This document shows positions 60,201 to 64,000 of a DNA stretch of 64,000 nt, piece by piece (positions within the stretch are counted from its first letter, which is position 1; the number at the start of each line of letters is the position of its first letter). The position numbers were made by a program, and so were the translations under genes. The stretch lies in contig CBFHOE010000007.1 in assembly GCA_965657355.1 (NCBI GenBank), positions 160,001 to 224,000 of the forward strand. The letters are read 5' to 3'. Origin of the DNA: Limisphaerales bacterium (lineage in GTDB: Bacteria; Verrucomicrobiota; Verrucomicrobiia; Limisphaerales; JAJOIW01). The notes below the pieces were generated by a model, which was given only the letters and a program-made list of their open reading frames with translations, did no database searches and was not told the DNA's origin.

Positions 60201-60713
60201 ACCGCCAGTCTCTTCTACCTGTATGGCCTCAATATAATAAGGACGCCCAGCCTCTAAATAGAAGGGATCAGATTTTTGAGATCGAGACCTGTTCCACTGG
60301 CGAAAGTTTGTCCAAATAGAAACAGAGGCAATCTTTTCAACAGAGGAAGGAGACGCATTTGGACTCAACCAAAGTTCTCCAAAATTATCTGCGCTTATCC
60401 AAAAAGTGTAGTCACCCGATTGAGGAGGGACTATGTATCCGGAGACCTTAGCCCCGTATTTGTCGCCCGAATTTTGAGGCACCTCAAAAAGCGTTAATAA
60501 CTCCGTTCTCGTTGGAGAAGAAGGATATCTTATATCAGATTTTAATGCAGAGATTTTTCCATTTGAAATTCCTTCCCAAAATTCTCCCAAAATAGATTGA
60601 GCACCAGATATTTGGGCAAAATTTAAAACCGAAAAAAATAGTAACACCAAAAAAAATCTTTTCGAATTTCTGCACCGTTCTTCGGGAAACGAATTTAAAG
60701 CACCAAATACCAT
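54291..60713 (-). CDS. Giant secreted CotH-family kinase protein: PA14 - Ig - Ig-like - LTD - Fn3-assoc - CotH - Fn3-assoc (split) - 5x LTD - TSP3-like - C-terminal beta domain
   Basis: PA14 (GYIVPPQSGDYTFWISAD...GGDHLSVGW); Ig (QQP...PLSYQW...CVVSN); lamin-tail motifs ISEI...DWIEL.N; IRYTTDGS.P; CotH (LFINGNYEGYY..TERID, DWPHNNW, WRFLVWDAE); DSDKDGMPDYWE. Confidence 0.88.
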   Translation of the reverse strand: MVFGALNSFPEERCRNSKRFFLVLLFFSVLNFAQISGAQSILGEFWEGISNGKISALKSDIRYPSSPTRTELLTLFEVPQNSGDKYGAKVSGYIVPPQSGDYTFWISADNFGELWLSPNASPSSVEKIASVSIWTNFRQWNRSRSQKSDPFYLEAGRPYYIEAIQVEETGGDHLSVGWDLPDGTSMRPIKGEYLRSDPSQVTGPTVIQQPENIIVEENQNFKARVVVTGSAPLSYQWFYNGNPLEDFKEATISFFEARPEWDGSELYCVVSNPFGKVMTEKVNIQVKSESSPPTIISKNPSDGSQVSSMEFIEVVFSEPVHGVNASDLTVNGQPAIEVEGEFAGPYKFYINPIEPGNHILEIKSESEILDRAIKPNLFPGETWKVELVEAIEPESIIISEIQAVNPDGEVDENNQAQDWIELWNTGDSVINIDGWSISDNKRQPGKWVFPSLEIRPNGRLVVFASGLDRKGETLHTNFKLGIRGEYLALYGPGAPRPLISQIGENGKFPSQRVDYSYGLSRDGKQWGYFSNPTPGSRNSTSVTSEISQEPHFSVERGYFKDPFKLVLSSSRSPEADTRIRYTTDGSMPTTRRGKVYTTPINISRTVTVRALVIKNGALPSNVVTHTFIKESSRSFMDIPVISITTDRNNLWGKTGIMETNPRNTNKRGIEWERPCSVEWIFPDGSDPFQVDCGLRVQGGDYVRSRYNPNDPGRFGKYSFRLYFRSDYGPGKLNYKLFPDTQVDEFDVISLRAGMNDYINPFVVDELARRLHSDMGYVAAHGTFAHLFINGNYEGYYNPTERIDEDFLNSYAGTEDQDWDVIAQFNETREGDRREWNRLLSAARKDQTVIKNFIDLSEKLDVDSFIDYLFLNIYAGTGDWPHNNWRAARPRIPGAKWRFLVWDAEWAFGNLNRSLNTNTITTELARDSEITTIFQSLKESEEFRIRFGDRVQKHLYGDGVLTRGHVRERYLDMFQLMNPVINNMQTKVSSQWATARPRIVETHLKNAKLFDPGKAPRSSKQSGIISRGDSIELSAKNSSQIFYTTDGSDPRVSPLDNAKFIELLAEKERKKIFVPSENNNPRKWRGGDEPFDDSNWISGAGGIGYDSQTTYDSYIQTDLETLMRNKYTSFYVRIPFEYDPFETDGFERLVLEARFEDGFTAFINGVKVCSAGMDEELTWDSSASFSNSDSRAVAFSPFDISEFKSLLVPGQNLLTAQVANISKTSSDLLFSPRLILTTDFAGFGEVNPSSEIYSGPIKIFETSVVKARAKEDGKWSPLSEYQYQVVDNLYKIRISEIMYHPVVDTNPEWVEITNFGNQQIDIGQWKLQGAGFTFPNDTKIGPGDSIVLIASGKQKVFKELYPSTNISGEFEGSLSNKGETLRLFDSNGNLVDEIKYNDQGAWPVQADGGGYSIELISSSAPPNAASWWSASNSIGGSPGEFRPTLGQGSVLINEIVPFPKQNGENDGEGSADWVELVNNSSEIVSLSGWGLSDDPLENDKWIFPDGVEINPGQFIAVGLGGVIPESTSKLMAPFSLNRDGESLYLYNPDGNREDGIEFGFMPSGFSLSRFGSGFRLGIPTVQKENRGVELGDPKDIRFNEWLIFPSGTNKPWVEVTQVESPTPIELTGLIFRGNNWAHQVRRPSFLGINEFLVFEFEQEFGFGELPSPLLQRGDRIFLETRNGERIDDFRISSTREDYSFGYLPDGSNSRKTFGNKFTRGYSNADAANETLKISEFMAWQEAHTNHPFNSWIEIYNSDSEDLDLKDYRILDPHNELEWVFPEESSIQSGEFLLIGMDPTESTGLIDLGFLNSGLMMSHEGGYFQLINPEGNIVDSILYGSQIIGKSVEPGQVYKLLEEPTPGETNSSTMHVSSSNIMINEWRASHQHQKDWVEIYNGSNKPADLTRTLISDTPHIYQDSFKRFPQGSFVAANGWARFFTDRSNSKVPWSLDFQIDGDGELLRLYSSSEKLMDEVVVLPTQNEVVFGRYPDGDDTIRELIATPGFSNTLSISHGDSDKDGMPDYWENEFDLNPWNPLDALLDYDDDGILNLQEFNDNSNPYIENERLILKIQYSSQGAGVLAIRFNSQPGHFYVLEESYTLLGQETEWVESARKEAEEIPGELFFLFSPKSDSHFFRIRKIQ

Positions 60714-60821
60714 AATAATAGCTTACACCATCGAGGCTAAATCTGCCAAAACTAGTCACCAAGAAAAAAAGTAAGATAAACGCCGCTCTCGCTATGATCG
60801 TTTCCTTGCAATTATGTACCG

Positions 60822-62450
60822 ATGCGGTTCCATTGTGGAATGCATCAAATAGCACCGATAAAAATTCCTTCGATAGTTGCCTCAATGATTTTGATGGCCG
60901 GAATAGCAGGTTCTTTGAATGCCTCGGATAGATCTAGGCCCAACGTGCTTGTTTACATTGTCGATGATTGGGGGTGGCAAGACACTTCAGTACCATTTTG
61001 GAGCCAAAAGACAAGGTGGAACGATTTTTTTCAAACTCCGAATCTTGAAAAACTAGCATCGACAGGCATGAAATTCACCCAGGCCTATGCCTGCTCCGTG
61101 TGCTCTCCTTCAAGAACCTCAATTATGACCGGACAAAATGCTGCCAGGCATAAAGTCACTAATTGGACCTTACAAAAAAATGGGGAGACATCTCATAAAA
61201 CTCAAAAATTATCGGCACCAACTCACTGGGAAAGGAATGGACTTCAACCTGGCCAGTCCAATATTGCCCAAGTTCTTCAAGATCGAGGATATTTAACAAT
61301 CCACGCAGGTAAAGCTCATTGGGGAGCATTTGACACGCCTGGCTCTGAACCGGAAAACTTAGGTTTCACAATTAATATTGGTGGGCATGCAGCCGGCGGC
61401 CCAGGTCATTACCACGGCGAAAAAAATTACGGGAACAAACCAAAAGGTGGATACACAAAGCCATGGGGAATACCTGGCCTAGAAAAATATCATGGCTCTA
61501 AAACGCATCTCACCGATGCCACCACAATAGAGGCAATCAAAGCCATGAAAAAGGCAGTACAAAACGAAATGCCTTTCTACCTGTATTTGGCGCACTATGC
61601 CGTGCATGCTCCAATTATGCCTCATAGAAAACACGCTATCCATTATGAAGGGAAAAATTATCCAGAATCAACGATTCCCATAACCAAAAGAGAATCCGAC
61701 TATGCCTCGATGGTTGAAGGAATAGATGCCTCATTAGGTGAAGTTTTGAAAGCTATCGAAGAATTAGGGCAATCGGAAAAAACTATAGTCATTGTCCTCA
61801 GCGACAATGGAGGTCTCACCCTTCATGCTCGAGGCCAAAGTCCGTATAAAACGGGTGCGAATTCCCACTGTTGGCCTTTGCGAGAGGGGAAAGGCTCTGC
61901 ATACGAAGGAGGCACTCGAATACCCTTAATTGTATCCTGGGCAAAAACAGGTAAAGGCTCCAATGCCTATCGAGATAAAATAGTTAAAATCCCAAAAAAT
62001 TCAGTCTGTAATATTCCCGTTATTATAGAAGATATACCGATGACAATTTTGGATTTAGTGACAAAAGAAGACCCAAAAAAACTATTACCAAATGCAGATG
62101 GCGTTTCTTTGGTCAGCTTACTTAATGACCCGGAGTTTCATATACCAAATTACACCCGCCCATTAGTATTTCATTACCCACACCAATGGACTGGACGACC
62201 TTCTGGTGGATATCAATCTCATTCCTCTATTCGTAAAGGCGACTGGAAGGCTATCTACTTTTATGAAACCCAAAGTTGGGAGCTTTACAATTTAAAAAAT
62301 GATATTTCTGAGGCAGAAAATTTGGCTTCCAGCCGCCCTGAAACTCTCCGCAAATTGGCGTTAAATTTATCAAGTATACTAGACATGCGAGGAGCTGTTT
62401 TCCCGCGCAATCACCTGAGAGATTCCGAAGAAAAAATTTCATTACCATAA
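60822..62450 (+). CDS. Sulfatase (family S1, Cys-type)
   Basis: RPNVLVYIVDDWGWQD, CSPSRTSIMTG, GKAHWG, HYAVHAP, SDNGG, PLREGKGSAYEGG.R.P, ELYNLKNDISE. Confidence 0.93.
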   Translation: MRFHCGMHQIAPIKIPSIVASMILMAGIAGSLNASDRSRPNVLVYIVDDWGWQDTSVPFWSQKTRWNDFFQTPNLEKLASTGMKFTQAYACSVCSPSRTSIMTGQNAARHKVTNWTLQKNGETSHKTQKLSAPTHWERNGLQPGQSNIAQVLQDRGYLTIHAGKAHWGAFDTPGSEPENLGFTINIGGHAAGGPGHYHGEKNYGNKPKGGYTKPWGIPGLEKYHGSKTHLTDATTIEAIKAMKKAVQNEMPFYLYLAHYAVHAPIMPHRKHAIHYEGKNYPESTIPITKRESDYASMVEGIDASLGEVLKAIEELGQSEKTIVIVLSDNGGLTLHARGQSPYKTGANSHCWPLREGKGSAYEGGTRIPLIVSWAKTGKGSNAYRDKIVKIPKNSVCNIPVIIEDIPMTILDLVTKEDPKKLLPNADGVSLVSLLNDPEFHIPNYTRPLVFHYPHQWTGRPSGGYQSHSSIRKGDWKAIYFYETQSWELYNLKNDISEAENLASSRPETLRKLALNLSSILDMRGAVFPRNHLRDSEEKISLP

Positions 62451-62576
62451 TGGCACAGAGGCAGGTTCCGGATTAAGTCCATCCAGCAGAAGCGTTTCAC
62501 AAAATAATTACTCCACGATTACAGATTCATGGTAGAATTTTTCTGAAATGGCAAGAATTATAGGAAACAGTCGAAA

Positions 62577-63575
62577 ATGATCCTCTACTTTGCAGCAGTT
62601 TTTTCTGGGCTAATTATACTCCTATGGAGTGCAGATCAATTTGTCGGGGGGGCAGCGAAATTAGCACGCCACTTGGGAATGTCTCCCTTGCTTATTGGGA
62701 TGATTATAGTCGGCTTTGGTACTTCGGCGCCTGAGATGGTTGTTTCCGCCTCAGCTTCAATGCAGGGAAATCCGGGTCTGGCTTTGGGAAATGCTTATGG
62801 CTCAAATATCGCAAACATTGGGCTTATTTTAGGAATCACATCGCTTATTTCACCAATTGTTGTTCATTCAGCGATCCTCAAAAAGGAGTTACCATTCCTA
62901 ACTGGTATTACGACACTAGCTATATTTCTCTTACTAGATGGTATTTTGAATCGATATGATGCTTGGATTTTTATGATCATCTTCTTCGGCTTCATGGGGT
63001 GGAGTGTTTGGGTTGGAAGGAAGTCACCCGCAGATACACTCGCGGACGAAGTCAGTGCCTCTGAATTAAATAGTAGTAAAAACCAAACACTTAAAAGAAA
63101 CCTTTTCGATATATTTGTAGGACTGCTATTACTTATTTCTAGTTCAAAAATACTTGTCTGGGGCGCTGTTGAAATAGCTAAAACCGCAGGAGTGAGTGAT
63201 TTAATGATAGGATTGACAGTAGTTGCTATTGGCACTTCTCTCCCAGAGTTAGCTTCCTCTGTGGCTGCTATTAAAAGAAAAGAAACCGATATAGCAGTCG
63301 GTAACGTGATTGGATCAAATTTGTTCAATACACTTATCGTTGTTGGAATAGCTGGAGCTATCATGCCATTCAAAATTCCCGACCAAGTTCTATCCCGAGA
63401 TATGCTCACAATGGGTATCTTAACCATTTCTCTTTTTATATTTGGTTATGGATTCAAAAGAACGGGTAGAATAAGTAGAATTGAAGGAGCCATACTGCTT
63501 GTGGCCTATCTCATTTACACAGGAATCGTCATAGCCCAGGCCATCAACCAACAAGTTCCTCCGACTCCAAATTAA
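62577..63575 (+). CDS. Calcium/sodium antiporter (YrbG family)
   Basis: Two alpha repeats GFGTSAPE...GNAYGSNIAN and AIGTSLPE...GNVIGSNLFN. Confidence 0.93.
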   Translation: MILYFAAVFSGLIILLWSADQFVGGAAKLARHLGMSPLLIGMIIVGFGTSAPEMVVSASASMQGNPGLALGNAYGSNIANIGLILGITSLISPIVVHSAILKKELPFLTGITTLAIFLLLDGILNRYDAWIFMIIFFGFMGWSVWVGRKSPADTLADEVSASELNSSKNQTLKRNLFDIFVGLLLLISSSKILVWGAVEIAKTAGVSDLMIGLTVVAIGTSLPELASSVAAIKRKETDIAVGNVIGSNLFNTLIVVGIAGAIMPFKIPDQVLSRDMLTMGILTISLFIFGYGFKRTGRISRIEGAILLVAYLIYTGIVIAQAINQQVPPTPN

Positions 63576-63661
63576 ATCCCACAAGCTTCTCTTTAGTATT
63601 TTAAAATACTGGGAGATGTTTCTTTCATTGATCGAGGGTTTGGGGTAAGCCATAAGTCAAC

Positions 63662-64000
63662 ATGCAAAGTCAGCTGCATCCCCCTGAGATATTGGTTTAT
63701 GACCTCGGAAACGTTTTGGTCGATTTTGACTGGATGATAGTCATCAAAAGATTGGCTCAAAAAACGGGCAAAACTATCAGTGACTTCCAACAACTTTTGA
63801 CTAACCCAAAATTGCTTTACGACTATGAAGCAGGAGAAATAACGACACAAGAATTCTTCAATAGAGTGCAGAATTTGATTGGCTATCCCAACTCCTTAGA
63901 TGATTTTCGTTACGATTTTGGAGATATGTTCACTGAAGCAATACAAATGACTCAGCTTCAAAAGAAAATTCGAGCCTCAGGCATCCCTACCTTCATTCTC
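63662..64000 (+). CDS. HAD-family phosphatase (YihX-like), truncated by window end
   Basis: Not in ORF track. Manual translation from ATG 63662: MQSQLHPPEILVYDLGNVLVDFD...YEAGEITTQEF...GIPTFIL, open to the edge. Confidence 0.85.
   Translation, partial: MQSQLHPPEILVYDLGNVLVDFDWMIVIKRLAQKTGKTISDFQQLLTNPKLLYDYEAGEITTQEFFNRVQNLIGYPNSLDDFRYDFGDMFTEAIQMTQLQKKIRASGIPTFIL

Noticed and set aside
62864..63427. 187-aa minus-strand ORF
   Set aside because: Antisense shadow of the Ca/Na antiporter gene
63593..63850. 85-aa minus-strand ORF
   Set aside because: Antisense to the plus-strand HAD phosphatase starting at 63662
1..64000. CRISPR arrays, IS elements, prophage, tRNA/rRNA, anti-phage defence genes
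   Set aside because: No spaced direct repeats, transposase/integrase motifs, phage structural genes or RNA-gene signatures recognised; nearly all sequence is accounted for by CDSs

Overview
Gene-dense, AT-rich bacterial chromosomal segment with about 40 CDSs. No rRNA, tRNA, CRISPR array, transposase or prophage gene was recognised. The gene content (DUF1800/DUF1501 pair, DUF1592/DUF1552 cytochrome module, sulfatases, CotH/lamin-tail giant protein, GH57+DUF4912) points to a PVC-superphylum organism, most likely Verrucomicrobiota (inference). Layout: (i) a minus-strand run aroE - pilD - ECF sigma - two paralogous anti-sigma-like/vWA (YfbK-type) membrane proteins - a giant (>1490 aa) repeat-containing membrane protein that is missing from the ORF track because it runs off the window edge; (ii) DUF1800/DUF1501, recF, glycogen branching enzyme and a DsrE/DsrF-like fusion; (iii) a cluster of exported carbohydrate/sulfate-active enzymes including two unusual fusions; (iv) a PVC cytochrome module, bacterial inositol oxygenase, alr, a PfkB kinase, a lactonase, larB-larC, an Hpt protein, mtnP and an ArnT-like transferase; (v) a 2140-aa CotH kinase surface protein, a sulfatase, a Ca/Na antiporter and a truncated HAD phosphatase. 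The best candidate for an undescribed system is the ECF sigma / dual anti-sigma-vWA / giant membrane protein locus. All family assignments come from motif recognition by eye; no database searches were run.
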